A DNA stretch of 39,928 nt from an uncultured Janthinobacterium sp. (GCA_964658025.1 CAZZXB010000003.1:11681-51608), one strand, 5' to 3'; positions 19,035 through 29,146 are shown, numbered from the stretch's first letter. The notes: generated by a model from the letters alone, not told the origin. Numbers and translations are program-made.

Positions 19035-20155
19035 CCGTCGCGGCTCCGAGCGCACCCAAAAAAAAGACGCTGCTCGCGCCGCGGCTCTATCGGACCGATA
19101 TCGACATCCTCAACTCGCTTTCGATCGATTGGTGTCGGGACGAATTCGAGGCGCTCCGTCTCGACTTCGAGACCGACTACAATCGCGCGCACTTCAAGTG
19201 GGGCACCGAAGTCAACGGCCACGATTATTCGGCCGTCTGGGACGAGTTCTACGAGTTCCTCCACCGCAGTTCGATCGGCGAGTTCTCGGGCTGTCTCCTC
19301 TATAGCGACGTCCAGAAGAAACTGACCGATCCGACGCTCCGCGCGATCTATCGGTGCATGGGTCGCGACGAAGGCCGTCACTCGTCGTTCCTCAACTGGG
19401 TGATGCGACACATGGGTCGGCCCTTCGACCTCGCGAATCTGCCGAAGGTCGACGGGATGCAGTTCATGCATCCCAAGTGGATCTTCGTCACGACGTATCT
19501 CTCGGAGATCGTCGGCTTCTATCGCTATCAGAACATCAGCGATCACCTCAAGATCCATCCGGAATTCAACTTTCATCCGATCTTCTCGTATTTCGACGAG
19601 TGGTGTAAGGACGAGCGCCGCCACAGTCGGTTCTTCGCGCTCATGATGCGCTCGCAGCCCGAATACTATCGCGGCTTCCGCAACCTGTTCGGCGTGAAGT
19701 TCTTCACGCTCGCGGTCTACATCACGATGTACCTGCGCGACGCCGAGTCGACCGTCTACGCGAAGCTCGGGATCGATTGGGAAGCGTACGATTTCAAGGT
19801 GATCGACGAAACCGAGGACGCGGCGCACGGCGTTTGGGGTCTGGGCATCCGCACCCGCTCGCGCTTCTTCCGCTCGACCCTGCGCAAGATGGCCGAAAAC
19901 AATCGGCGCAACAAGGCCGGTCGCGCGGCCGCGGGCTGGAAGAAGCCGTTCGCCGTCGCGATGCGCTACGTGCGGTGGGCCGACCAGATCGTGCAGTACG
20001 CGAAGCTCATGGCGCAGCCGCACGAATGGTTCGAACCGCTCGCGCGCTCCGAGTGGACGAAGACGTGTTGCGATCCGGGCGACGCGAGCGTCCTCGCCCT
20101 GCGCGGCGCGATCCCGCCGCCGCCGCAACCGATCCGCGAAGCGACGCCGGCCTAG
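19031..20155 (+). CDS. acsF: O2-dependent Mg-protoporphyrin IX monomethyl ester cyclase (di-iron)
   Basis: LLAPRLYRTD, DYNRAHF, EFSGCLLY, DEGRH, TYLSE and WCKDERRH. ATGA overlap with bchM. Confidence 0.93.
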   Translation: MTVAAPSAPKKKTLLAPRLYRTDIDILNSLSIDWCRDEFEALRLDFETDYNRAHFKWGTEVNGHDYSAVWDEFYEFLHRSSIGEFSGCLLYSDVQKKLTDPTLRAIYRCMGRDEGRHSSFLNWVMRHMGRPFDLANLPKVDGMQFMHPKWIFVTTYLSEIVGFYRYQNISDHLKIHPEFNFHPIFSYFDEWCKDERRHSRFFALMMRSQPEYYRGFRNLFGVKFFTLAVYITMYLRDAESTVYAKLGIDWEAYDFKVIDETEDAAHGVWGLGIRTRSRFFRSTLRKMAENNRRNKAGRAAAGWKKPFAVAMRYVRWADQIVQYAKLMAQPHEWFEPLARSEWTKTCCDPGDASVLALRGAIPPPPQPIREATPA

Positions 20156-20312
20156 CGGGCCGCGCGTCGCGTCCGCGTGCGCGACCCGTCACCGCTAACG
20201 CCGCATCGGCTCCCGTCGACGGCGGTCCCGCCGGCGAGACGTCGCTTCGCGCGCGGTCGCGCGTCCGTCGCGGGAGAACGGGGCGACCATATCGCGTCGC
20301 GAACGAACGTCC

Positions 20313-22202
20313 ATGGCTTCTCCGGCACGCGCCGCATACGCGCCGTATCCGTTTTCCGCGATCGTCGGACAGGACGAACCGAAGCTCGCGTTGATCCTCG
20401 CGGCGATCAATCCGCGCGTCGGCGGCGTGCTCTTCTCGGGACCGAAGGGGACCGGCAAGACGACGCTCGTCCGCGCGGTCGCGGAACTGCTCCCGTCGCT
20501 CGCGCGCGCGCGCTGTCCGTACGGGTGCGACCCGCTCGGGACGAGCCTCTGCCCGACGTGCGCGGCGACGCGCGAACGCGGCGAGACGATCGCGAGCGAT
20601 CGGACGCCGGGCGAGATCGTGGAACTGCCGACGAACGCGCAGCTCGACGACGTCGTCGGCGCGATCGATCTACGCGCGGCCCTGGAGCGCAGCGAGGTCG
20701 AATTCCGCCCGGGCTTGCTCGCGCGCGCGAATCGGAACCTGCTCTACGTCGACGAGATCAATCTGCTCTCCGATCTCGTCGTCGATGCCTTACTCGACGC
20801 GGCGGCGCAAGGCGTCGTGCACGTCAAACGCGGCCAGCACGCGATCGACTATCCGTCGCGTTTCACGCTCGTCGGAACGATGAACCCCGAAGAGGGCGAA
20901 CTGCGGCCGCAGATCACCGATCGGATCGGGCTCCGCGTCTTCGTCCGCGCGGAAGCGGCGTTCGAGGAACGACGCGAGATCTATCGCCGAAACGCCGCCT
21001 TCGCCCGCGATCCGCGCGGTTTCGCCGCGGCGCGCTCCGCCGAAACGGAGGCGCTCCGCCGCCGCTTCGAACGCGCGACCGAGCGGATCGACGACGTGAC
21101 GATCGACGACGCGGCCGAGGCCGCGGCTATCGAAGCGACGGCGCGTCTCGGCATCGAGAGCCACCGCACGGAGTTCGTCGCGCTCGAAGCCGCGGCGGCG
21201 CTCGCCGCTTGGGAAGATCGCGACGTCGCGACCCCCGCCGACGTCGCGCGCGTCTTTCCGCTCGCCGCGCGTCTGCGCCGCAGTCGACTCCGCGTCGAAG
21301 CGCAGTCCGAACATCTCGCCGAAGACGCCGCGATCGCGGCCGCGCTCGAAGCGACGCTCGGCGATTCCGACGCGGGCGACGACGGCGCCGAAGACGAGCG
21401 CGAACGCGCGCCGCGGATCGTCGTCGCACCCGAACTCACCGCGAAGAAGCCGCTCCCCGATCGCCCCGATCGCGCGCGCGACGGTCAACCGATGGGATCG
21501 CAGGCGTTCGCGCCGGGCGGAAAGCTCGACGTCGTCGCGACGCTCGTCGATCGGAGCGCCGCATCGCGCGCCGGACTCGCACCCGAAGCGCGCGAGTCGG
21601 TCGACGTCGCCCCGTCGCCCCGGCTCTCCATCCTCATCGTCGACGCGTCGCTCTCGACGAGCAAGACCTCCGAACTCGTACGCGCCGCGGCGCGCGAGTT
21701 GCTCCGGCCGCTCTATACGGAACGCGAACGCGCGGCGCTCATCTCGTGCTGGGGCGCGCGCGCCGAACTCGTCGTCGACGAGAACACGGGCCGCAACATC
21801 GATCTCGTCGCCGCTCGGCTCGACGAACTCGAAAACGGAACCGTCCGCGCGCTGACGCCGCTCGCCGAGGCGCTCGAACGCGCGCGCGCCGTCGCCGAAC
21901 GGTTCCGCCGCGCGAATCCCGCAGCCGAGATCGACGTCGCGATCTTCAGCGACGGCCGCGCGAACGTGCCGCTCGGCATGCACGACGCGCTCGCGTCCGC
22001 ACTCGATCGGGACGAAGCGCGCGAACTCGCCGAGCTCAGCTGCGAGCAGTGCCGGCAGATCGCGGCCCAACTCGCCGGTCGCGCGAACGTGATATGCGTC
22101 AATCTGGACGAGTACGAAACGCATCCGCTCATGTCGGAGATCGCGACGTTATCGCACGGCAGATACTATCCGCTGTCGTCGGTTGTTGCAAAAATCCTCT
22201 AA
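20313..22202 (+). CDS. bchD: Magnesium chelatase subunit D (AAA+ domain, acidic linker, vWA domain)
   Basis: YPFSAIVGQ, GPKGTGKT, PGLLARANRNLLYVDEINLL and GTMNPEEGELRPQ; C-terminal DASLS, TPL and SDGRANV vWA motifs. Confidence 0.85.
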   Translation: MASPARAAYAPYPFSAIVGQDEPKLALILAAINPRVGGVLFSGPKGTGKTTLVRAVAELLPSLARARCPYGCDPLGTSLCPTCAATRERGETIASDRTPGEIVELPTNAQLDDVVGAIDLRAALERSEVEFRPGLLARANRNLLYVDEINLLSDLVVDALLDAAAQGVVHVKRGQHAIDYPSRFTLVGTMNPEEGELRPQITDRIGLRVFVRAEAAFEERREIYRRNAAFARDPRGFAAARSAETEALRRRFERATERIDDVTIDDAAEAAAIEATARLGIESHRTEFVALEAAAALAAWEDRDVATPADVARVFPLAARLRRSRLRVEAQSEHLAEDAAIAAALEATLGDSDAGDDGAEDERERAPRIVVAPELTAKKPLPDRPDRARDGQPMGSQAFAPGGKLDVVATLVDRSAASRAGLAPEARESVDVAPSPRLSILIVDASLSTSKTSELVRAAARELLRPLYTERERAALISCWGARAELVVDENTGRNIDLVAARLDELENGTVRALTPLAEALERARAVAERFRRANPAAEIDVAIFSDGRANVPLGMHDALASALDRDEARELAELSCEQCRQIAAQLAGRANVICVNLDEYETHPLMSEIATLSHGRYYPLSSVVAKIL

Positions 22203-22288
22203 GTAAGATATAACATTGGTAATCTCCCTGACGATGTTGGACCGACCGTCGTCAGACGGCGGTTCGCAGAAAGGTGACTACCTAAATA

Positions 22289-22585
22289 ATGGCAGTCAAA
22301 AAGACCGCGACCCGTAAGAAAACGAGCGCGAAGAAAAAGACGACCGCGAAGAAATCGGCCGTCAAGAAGACCGTAGGCCGCAAGAAGTCGGCGGCCAAGA
22401 AGACCACGGCGAAAAAGACGACCCGCAAGAAAACCGCGAAGAAGTCCGCCGCCAAGAAGACGACCGCCAAAAAAGCCACGGCGAAGAAAAAGACCGCCGG
22501 TCGCAAGAAGACGGTCCGCAAGGCGGCCGTCCGCAAGAAGACGACCCGCAAGAAGACCGCTCGCAAGGTCGCGAAAAAAGCCTGA
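22289..22585 (+). CDS. Histone H1-like Lys/Ala/Thr-rich repetitive protein
   Basis: 98 aa of KKTTA/KKSAA/RKKT repeats with no acidic residues; AAGGTG RBS and a downstream terminator. Confidence 0.8.
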   Translation: MAVKKTATRKKTSAKKKTTAKKSAVKKTVGRKKSAAKKTTAKKTTRKKTAKKSAAKKTTAKKATAKKKTAGRKKTVRKAAVRKKTTRKKTARKVAKKA

Positions 22586-22607
22586 CGCGCTCGCGGCGAC
22601 GAGCGAG

Positions 22608-22638
22608 ACGAACCGCCGACGCGCGGTTCGTTTTTTTT
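22608..22638 (+). terminator. Rho-independent terminator
   Basis: ACGAACCGC / GCGGTTCGT stem followed by a T run; a second hairpin CGCTCG/CGAGCG lies at 22588-22605. Confidence 0.8.
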
Positions 22639-23407
22639 ACGGGCCGACGAGCGCCGCGAAGCGCGCGAGATCGTCGTCGTGCCGGACGCGCAACCGCGGG
22701 AGCGCGAGGGGTTCGCGGAGATCGCGGACGTCGCCCGGGATCTCGGTAAACGCCGCGCGGATCGCGAGCGAGCGCATCACGTCGAACGTGGTCGTATCGT
22801 ATTTTCCGGCCGGGTACGCGTACGTGACGGGCGGCTCGCCGCCGAGATAACGCGCGAATCGCTTCATGCAGCCGGCCGCTTCCCGCGTCTGATCCGCGCG
22901 ATCGAGCGTCGAGAGATCGAGATGCAACGTGCCGTGACAGGCGACTTCCATCCCCGCGTCGCGCATCGCGCGCATCTCCCGCCACGTGAGATGGCGCGGC
23001 GTACCGACGAAACCGCTCGAGACGTAGAACGTTCCGCGGGCGGCATATTTGCGCATGATCGGAACCGCGGTCGTCGCCGCATCCTCGTACCCGTCGTCGA
23101 AGGTCAGCACGACCGCGCGCGCCGGGCGCTCGCCGCGCGAGAGATCCTCCGCCAACTCCGCGGCCGTCAACGTCGCGATGCGATGGTCGCGCAAGTATCG
23201 GAGCTGGGCCTCGAACGCCGCGGGTTCGACCGTGAGATCGCGACCGACCGCGTCGCGCGGAACGTCGGCGTCGACGCGGTGATACATGAGCACGGGCACG
23301 CCGGCCCACGACGATGCCGACGCGGGCGCGGCGGACGGACCGCACGACGGCGCGACGAACGCGAGCGCTCCGAGCGTCGATGCGACGCGTGCGCGGAGGC
23401 GTCTCAC
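22637..23407 (-). CDS. Polysaccharide deacetylase (NodB/CE4, IcaB-like)
   Basis: VPVLMYH, VLTFDDGYED, HGTLH and YAYPAG motifs. GTG start overlaps the upstream TGA. Confidence 0.88.
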   Translation of the reverse strand: MRRLRARVASTLGALAFVAPSCGPSAAPASASSWAGVPVLMYHRVDADVPRDAVGRDLTVEPAAFEAQLRYLRDHRIATLTAAELAEDLSRGERPARAVVLTFDDGYEDAATTAVPIMRKYAARGTFYVSSGFVGTPRHLTWREMRAMRDAGMEVACHGTLHLDLSTLDRADQTREAAGCMKRFARYLGGEPPVTYAYPAGKYDTTTFDVMRSLAIRAAFTEIPGDVRDLREPLALPRLRVRHDDDLARFAALVGP

Positions 23408-25461
23408 GGCGTCCCCGCGACCACGACCGACGGTCGCGCGAACGAGATCGTTCCGGCGACGGCGGCGGCCGTCGTTCCGCCGAGCGACGGGACCGCGTAC
23501 AACGCGACGAGTCGGATCGGCGGATTGAGATCGTCCGGAATCGGAATCTCCAGACGCCGCGTGCCCGTCCAATCGACGATCTTCGCGAGCGTCAGCGCGC
23601 GGCGTTCTCCGAGCACGTTGACGAAGGCGGCGCGCAAACCCACCCCGCTTCCGTCTCCGGTGACGTCGATCGCGAAACGTTCGGGCATTCCGGGAAGCAC
23701 GAGCGACGCGTTCGCGTACGCCGCGCGAGCGCCGTTCGTGAAATCGTAGGCGAGATCGAGATGCGGCGGCGCGTCGCCGACGATCGCGGATCCGGCGGCG
23801 CCCGCGGGATTCGCGGAATAGCGCCACGCCGCCGCGTGCGACGCATCGAAAAGATCGAGCGCGATGCGACGCTCGCCGACGAGTAGGCGATACTCCGCGC
23901 GTGCCGCCCCGACGCGCGCGACGATTCGCGCGTCGCGTGCCGGTGCGCGAAAGCGTCCCGGAGCGAGAAAGATACCGCGATCCGCAGACCAGCGAACGCG
24001 ATCGCCGAGTTCGATCGGCGCGCCCGACGCGTCGGTCGCCACGGCGCGCAGCGTCACGCTCGCGCCGGGCATCGCGCTCGGCGCGTCCGAGCGGATCGCG
24101 AATCGATCGGGCGCGCTCGCGACGCGAACGGCGACGCGCGCGGTCCGGCCGCCCGCGCGGACGATCGCGTCGCCCGAGGCGTCGCCGACGCGCACGACGT
24201 CTCCGCCGTCGAGATGCGTCGGCGCGAGCGTGTGGCCGAACGCGTCGACGACGAACGCGCGGACCGGAACGTCGACGTTCGCGAGCGCGACGACGTTCGC
24301 CGGGCGGATCGCGAGCGCGACGGGCGGCCCGACGGGCGCGTCGCTGTAGACGAAGAGGCCGTCGGCGACGCGGCGCTCTTCGCCGTCGCTCGGCACGTTC
24401 GCGAGCGACGCCCCCGCGTCGCCGAGTTCGCGCGCGACGAGTTCCGCCGATCCGCCCGAATCGAACGCCATCGCGTCCGTCGCGCCGAGTCCGAGGGCGA
24501 GCGCGGCGAATTCCGGTCGCGTGAGTCCGATCGAACGCGCGACGTCGCGTCCGTCGACTTCGACCAGCACGAGCGCGCCCGAAGGAAGTAACGCCGCACC
24601 CGAGACGGGGAAGCGTACGTCGCGCTCTTCGGGCGCGGGCGCGTTCGGATCGCTCGCGATCGCGCCGTTCGCGACGAGTAGCGGGCCGCCGCCGACGGCG
24701 GTGACGATATCGCTCGCGTCGGGGACGAGCGCGCGCGCGACGGTGACGACGTCGCCGATCGCCGGCGGCGGTGCGATCGCGCGCGCCGCGGGTCCGAATC
24801 CGAGCGCGAGCGACGACGGCGCGGCGACGCCGGCATCGGCGAGCGCGGTCACGCGATACGTCGCGTTCGAACTCGCGCTCGCGGGCGACGCGTCGATCGG
24901 CGCGAGGCTCGCGATCGTCACGCCGGGCGCGGCGCGCAACGTTCCGAACTCGGGTCCGAGCAGCGTCGCGCCGCCTTGGGGCGGCCACTCGTCGATCGCG
25001 GTGAGCGGGACGTGCGCGCCGTCGTACGCGACGTCGCCGCGGAACGCGAAAGTCTCGAAGCGCACGCTTCGGTCGCGCCGCACGTCGAGCGCGATCCGTT
25101 TCGACGGCGTGCGGACGAGCGCGCCGTCGCGCACGACGACGTTGAGCGGTTGGTTCGTCTGACCGATATCGAAGTAGTCGGCGTTCACGCCCGCGACCGC
25201 GTGCGTCCGACGTGCCATCGAGGAAACGGTCTCCCCGTTCGAGACGAGTCGATCGTTCGCGAGTACCGCGCCGAGCCGGAGCGACGGTTCGTGCGGATCG
25301 ACGACGACCGCTTCGATCGCGAGCGGACCCGCCGAGGTCTCCAAGCGATACGAGACGCGACGCACGCCCGGTGCGACGATCGCTTGCGTCGACGATTGCG
25401 CGACGACGAGCGGGAACGGCGCGGGCGGCGCGAGCGTCGCGGGCAACGTCGGCGCGATCAC
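23404..25461 (-). CDS. Phosphodiester glycosidase (NAGPA-domain) protein with C-terminal Ig-like/carbohydrate-binding-like region
   Basis: GVNADYFD, GGGPLLV.NG, VDGR, AMAFDSGGS, and N.PSDG.ER.V.DGL motifs. Confidence 0.8.
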   Translation of the reverse strand: MIAPTLPATLAPPAPFPLVVAQSSTQAIVAPGVRRVSYRLETSAGPLAIEAVVVDPHEPSLRLGAVLANDRLVSNGETVSSMARRTHAVAGVNADYFDIGQTNQPLNVVVRDGALVRTPSKRIALDVRRDRSVRFETFAFRGDVAYDGAHVPLTAIDEWPPQGGATLLGPEFGTLRAAPGVTIASLAPIDASPASASSNATYRVTALADAGVAAPSSLALGFGPAARAIAPPPAIGDVVTVARALVPDASDIVTAVGGGPLLVANGAIASDPNAPAPEERDVRFPVSGAALLPSGALVLVEVDGRDVARSIGLTRPEFAALALGLGATDAMAFDSGGSAELVARELGDAGASLANVPSDGEERRVADGLFVYSDAPVGPPVALAIRPANVVALANVDVPVRAFVVDAFGHTLAPTHLDGGDVVRVGDASGDAIVRAGGRTARVAVRVASAPDRFAIRSDAPSAMPGASVTLRAVATDASGAPIELGDRVRWSADRGIFLAPGRFRAPARDARIVARVGAARAEYRLLVGERRIALDLFDASHAAAWRYSANPAGAAGSAIVGDAPPHLDLAYDFTNGARAAYANASLVLPGMPERFAIDVTGDGSGVGLRAAFVNVLGERRALTLAKIVDWTGTRRLEIPIPDDLNPPIRLVALYAVPSLGGTTAAAVAGTISFARPSVVVAGTP

Positions 25462-27521
25462 GGCGTGGGTCGCGCTTCGGGGACCGGCGTGGACGCGACG
25501 CCCGCGGGGACGAGCGTCGGCACGGGCGCGCTACTATAAAGGAAGAGCCCATCCGAGATCCAGCGCTCGGCGCTGTTATCGGAGGGCACGTTGCGCACGG
25601 TCGTCTTCGCGTCGCCGGGCGCGCGCGCGACGAGCGTGACCGATCCGCCCGAGTCGAGCGCCATCGCATCGCGCGCGCCGAGACGTCGGAGGATCGCCGC
25701 GAATTCCGGCCGCGTCGCACCGATCGATCGTTCCGGATGGCGACCGTCGACCGCGACGAACATGAGCGATCCGTCGTCGCGTTTCGCGAGCGCGATCACG
25801 GGCCACCGATAATTCCGTTCGTCGGGAGCGGGCGCGTGCGGGTCTTCGTACCACGCGCCGTCGCGCAAGAGAATCGGTCCGCCGCCGATTCCGGCGATCG
25901 CGTTGGGCACGCTCGGATCGAGCGCGTAACGCAGGCGCACGATCTCACCGCGCTTCGGCGCCGGAACGCGGACGAGCGGCCCGATCGCGAGACCGAACCG
26001 CACGGGTCGCGGCTCGTCGAGCGTCTCGACGTCCTCGACGCGATACCGCGTGGGATCGGCGCCCGCCGGTGCGAGCGCGACGAACGTGCGACCCGGTGCG
26101 GCCGGTAACGTCTTCCCGAATGCGGGCGTGATCACCGCGACGTCGCCGGGCGGCCAATCGTTGAATTCCGTGATCGGCATCGTGCCGCGCGCGGTCCGCA
26201 CCTCGCCGCGTAATTTGAACTCGTCGAACGTCACGTGCCGATCGCGATCGATGACGAGCGCGGCGCGATCCGTCGGTCCGCGCACGAGTCGACCGCCGCT
26301 CACGAGCATGCCTTGCGGTTGGTACGTCCGACCGATATCGAAGTAATCGCCGTTGACGCCGCCGATCGCGTTCGTCCGCACGCCGAGCGCGGAGGTGCGC
26401 TCGCCGCCGGAGATCACGCGATCTTCGGCGATCGCCGTATCGAAGCGCAGCGTCGGTTCCGCGGGATCGACGTCGAGCAACGTGATCGCGAGCGGGCCGT
26501 GCGCGGTCGCGATGCCGTATTGTCCGAACGTGACGCCGGGCGCGGTCGCCTCGACGCGCGACCAACGCAGGCTCGGTTCGCCGCCGAGCGTGGTCGCGAT
26601 CGCGCCGAGCGCGCGCAGATCGCGCGAACCGTGCGCGAGCCACGCGAACGTGCGATCGAGTCCGTGGACCTCGCCCGCCGCGGAGAAGGGCGTGCCGCCG
26701 AGCGAACCGACGATGCCCCGCGATCCGATCCCGTCGCCGCGAAACGCGAGCGCGCCGTGGATGCCGTCGAACGTGCGTCCGCCGAGCGCGAACGACGCGC
26801 CCGCGAGATGCGCGTCGGCCTCCCACACGCCGCCCCTCTCGCGCGCCGAGAACGCCGAGAGCACGCCCGCGCGCACGTCGAGTCCGCGCCCCGCGGGAAG
26901 CGCGCGCGCGAACGGCGAGAGCGGGATCGCGTCCGCGCTCCACCCCTGGGAGCCGTCGGTCGTCGCACGCGCGACGAGCGGATAGGCGCGCGCGCCGTCG
27001 CGCACGACGAGCGTTCCGTCGAACGCGGTCCGACCGCGCGCGACGCGCAACGTTCCGTCGCTCGCGAACGCGAGCGTCGCCGCGCCGTCCCTCCGACGCT
27101 CGACGGAAAGCGAGCCGCCGCGGATCGCGACCGTCGTCGCACCCGCACCGCGATTCGCGCGCGAGAGCGCGTCGCGCGCGTTCGCGAGGCCGACGAGAAA
27201 TCGATCCGCGTCGATCGTGACGATCGGACGATCGAGTTCGATCGCTACGTCGTTTCCGTCCCGTCGAACGAACGCCCGACCTGCCCGCAGGTTCGCGCTT
27301 CCGTCGGTGGTCGACGCGACGACGTCGTCGAGCGCGTACCCGCCGCGCGATGCCGATTCCACGCCACGTGCGTCGACGCGCAAGCCGCTCGACGTCGCGA
27401 CGTCGCGTAAGACGAGCGCGCGCTCGATCGGCGCGCGGAGCGAAAATCCGGCGACGATCGCGATGAGGGCGAACGCGACGACGAGTGCGAGCGAGAACGT
27501 GCGACGTGAGGGCGTGGACAA
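25458..27521 (-). CDS. Phosphodiester glycosidase (NAGPA-domain) protein with long N-terminal beta-rich region
   Basis: GVNGDYFD, GGGPILL.DG, VDGR, AMALDSGGS and NVPSD..ER. The N-terminal TM/signal segment follows SRRTF. Start is approximate (TTG 27521). Confidence 0.78.
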   Translation of the reverse strand: MSTPSRRTFSLALVVAFALIAIVAGFSLRAPIERALVLRDVATSSGLRVDARGVESASRGGYALDDVVASTTDGSANLRAGRAFVRRDGNDVAIELDRPIVTIDADRFLVGLANARDALSRANRGAGATTVAIRGGSLSVERRRDGAATLAFASDGTLRVARGRTAFDGTLVVRDGARAYPLVARATTDGSQGWSADAIPLSPFARALPAGRGLDVRAGVLSAFSARERGGVWEADAHLAGASFALGGRTFDGIHGALAFRGDGIGSRGIVGSLGGTPFSAAGEVHGLDRTFAWLAHGSRDLRALGAIATTLGGEPSLRWSRVEATAPGVTFGQYGIATAHGPLAITLLDVDPAEPTLRFDTAIAEDRVISGGERTSALGVRTNAIGGVNGDYFDIGRTYQPQGMLVSGGRLVRGPTDRAALVIDRDRHVTFDEFKLRGEVRTARGTMPITEFNDWPPGDVAVITPAFGKTLPAAPGRTFVALAPAGADPTRYRVEDVETLDEPRPVRFGLAIGPLVRVPAPKRGEIVRLRYALDPSVPNAIAGIGGGPILLRDGAWYEDPHAPAPDERNYRWPVIALAKRDDGSLMFVAVDGRHPERSIGATRPEFAAILRRLGARDAMALDSGGSVTLVARAPGDAKTTVRNVPSDNSAERWISDGLFLYSSAPVPTLVPAGVASTPVPEARPTP

Positions 27522-27567
27522 GCGAGTTTGAGGATTCTGCGTACAACGCGGCGCATCACCTTCCGCG

Positions 27568-28338
27568 ATGCATCGATTTCGCACGCTCGTCTCGACCTGT
27601 TGCGCGATCCTCGCGTGCGCGTTCGCCGCGCCGTCGCCGCTTCCGACGGTCGCGCCGGCGGCGCGCGCGCCGTTCGTCGCCGTGCTCGTCTGGCACGACG
27701 TCCTCGACGAGAAAGCCGTGTGGTTCGACACGACGACCGCGACGTTGCGCGAGCAGCTCGACCGCATCGCGAAGGGCGGCTATCACGTCGTCACGCTCGC
27801 GGCGCTCCGCGATCATCTCGTGCGGGGCGTACCGCTCCCGCCGCGTCCGATCGTCCTCACCTTCGACGACAACGGCATCGGCATCTATCGCAACGCCTTT
27901 CCGCTCTTGCGCGCACACCGATTTCCGGCGACGCTCTTCGTCCACACGAATTTCGTCGGCAAGACGACGAGCAAGGCACACGCGTCGTGGGCGCAATTGC
28001 GCGAGATGGAGGCGAGCGGACTCGTCGACGTCCAGAGTCTCACGGCGAACCATCCGCCCGATCTCACCGTGCTCTCCGACGCCGACGTGCGCCACGAATT
28101 CTCGCTCTCGAAATTTTCGCTCGAACGGCGACTCGGCCGTCCGATCTACGCGCTCGTCTATCCCTACGACGTCTACGACGCGCGGGTCGCGCGGCTGGCG
28201 AGCGGCGCCGGGTACACGCTCGCGTTCACGGAGGATTTCGGCAACGCGGGCGACTCCGCGTCGTTACTCGAAATCCATCGTTACTCGATCCTCACGCGGT
28301 TCGATCGAGCCCTCGCGGACGTCGCCGCACGACGTTAG
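27568..28338 (+). CDS. Secreted polysaccharide deacetylase-family protein
   Basis: Signal peptide; VLVWHDV, VLTFDDN, FPATLFV and LVYPY motifs. Confidence 0.85.
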   Translation: MHRFRTLVSTCCAILACAFAAPSPLPTVAPAARAPFVAVLVWHDVLDEKAVWFDTTTATLREQLDRIAKGGYHVVTLAALRDHLVRGVPLPPRPIVLTFDDNGIGIYRNAFPLLRAHRFPATLFVHTNFVGKTTSKAHASWAQLREMEASGLVDVQSLTANHPPDLTVLSDADVRHEFSLSKFSLERRLGRPIYALVYPYDVYDARVARLASGAGYTLAFTEDFGNAGDSASLLEIHRYSILTRFDRALADVAARR

Positions 28339-29146
28339 GCGGCGGCTCGGGCGCCGTCGGCACGAGCCCGGCGGAACCCGGCAACAAGCGATGCAAGAGC
28401 GCGCGCCGGAGGTGGATGAACGCGGCGGCCGTCTTGGATCTCGCGTCCGCATGCGAGAACGTCGTTCCGTGTTCGCGCGCATGCTGGAGCGGGTGCGGCG
28501 TACGCGAATAATAATACGCGGCGAGTAATTTTCGCGTCTCGCCTTCGGGGACCCGAAGCGCGCCGTAGCCGTGATAGGCCTCGTCGTGGACTTCCATGAT
28601 GCACGCGCGGTTGAACGCGGGCGCGATCCGCGCGACGGCCGTCTTGCCGGTCCGATCGTAGAGGTCGAGATCGCCGCCCCAATCGGGCGACCACTCGCGG
28701 TTGACGTAGACGAGCACGTTCACGCGGCGGTAGCGCGTCGGATCTTTCGGGTGCGTGTTGTGATCCGCGTGGACGTGCAGGCGACTGCCGCGCGCGCCTT
28801 GGTGCAACCCGCCGCCGACGAGTTCGCGATCCATCTCGAGATCGGCGATCCCCGTCATCTCGCGGAGCCACGTCACGAACGGCGCCGCGCCGAGCGCGTC
28901 GAAGATCTTCGTGAACACGGGATCGTAGCGATCGACTTCGCCGACGTACGAACGCGCCTCCAGCAGCCGCGCCACGCGACGCTGCGCCGTCGCGAGCTTC
29001 GGAAACGCACGCCGCGCGCCGTGCGCCGCATCGGGATCGAGAAAATTCTCGATCGTGACGTACCGGAACGGATCCGCCGCTGCGAACGATTTCGCGAGCG
29101 TCTCGCGCTCGCGTTCGAGGCGCTCGAGCCCGACGACCGCGGTCAT
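28292..29146 (-). CDS. 2OG-Fe(II) oxygenase (prolyl-hydroxylase-like)
   Basis: GGGLH, H-x-D (HAD), NVLVYVN..W...WGG.L.L, P.FNR, distal H (YHG) and R. ATG at 29146 overlaps the upstream TGA. Confidence 0.87.
   Translation of the reverse strand: MTAVVGLERLERERETLAKSFAAADPFRYVTIENFLDPDAAHGARRAFPKLATAQRRVARLLEARSYVGEVDRYDPVFTKIFDALGAAPFVTWLREMTGIADLEMDRELVGGGLHQGARGSRLHVHADHNTHPKDPTRYRRVNVLVYVNREWSPDWGGDLDLYDRTGKTAVARIAPAFNRACIMEVHDEAYHGYGALRVPEGETRKLLAAYYYSRTPHPLQHAREHGTTFSHADARSKTAAAFIHLRRALLHRLLPGSAGLVPTAPEPPPNVVRRRPRGLDRTA

Noticed and set aside
21360..21500. Programmed frameshift in the bchD linker generating a BchI-like product
   Set aside because: The gene is in one frame and I see no canonical slippery heptamer or poly-A run, only GCG AAG AAG.
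22289..22585. Repetitive AAGAAG-rich DNA as a CRISPR or satellite repeat
   Set aside because: The repeats are degenerate, codon-phased and lack unique spacers; they are explained by a Lys-rich protein.
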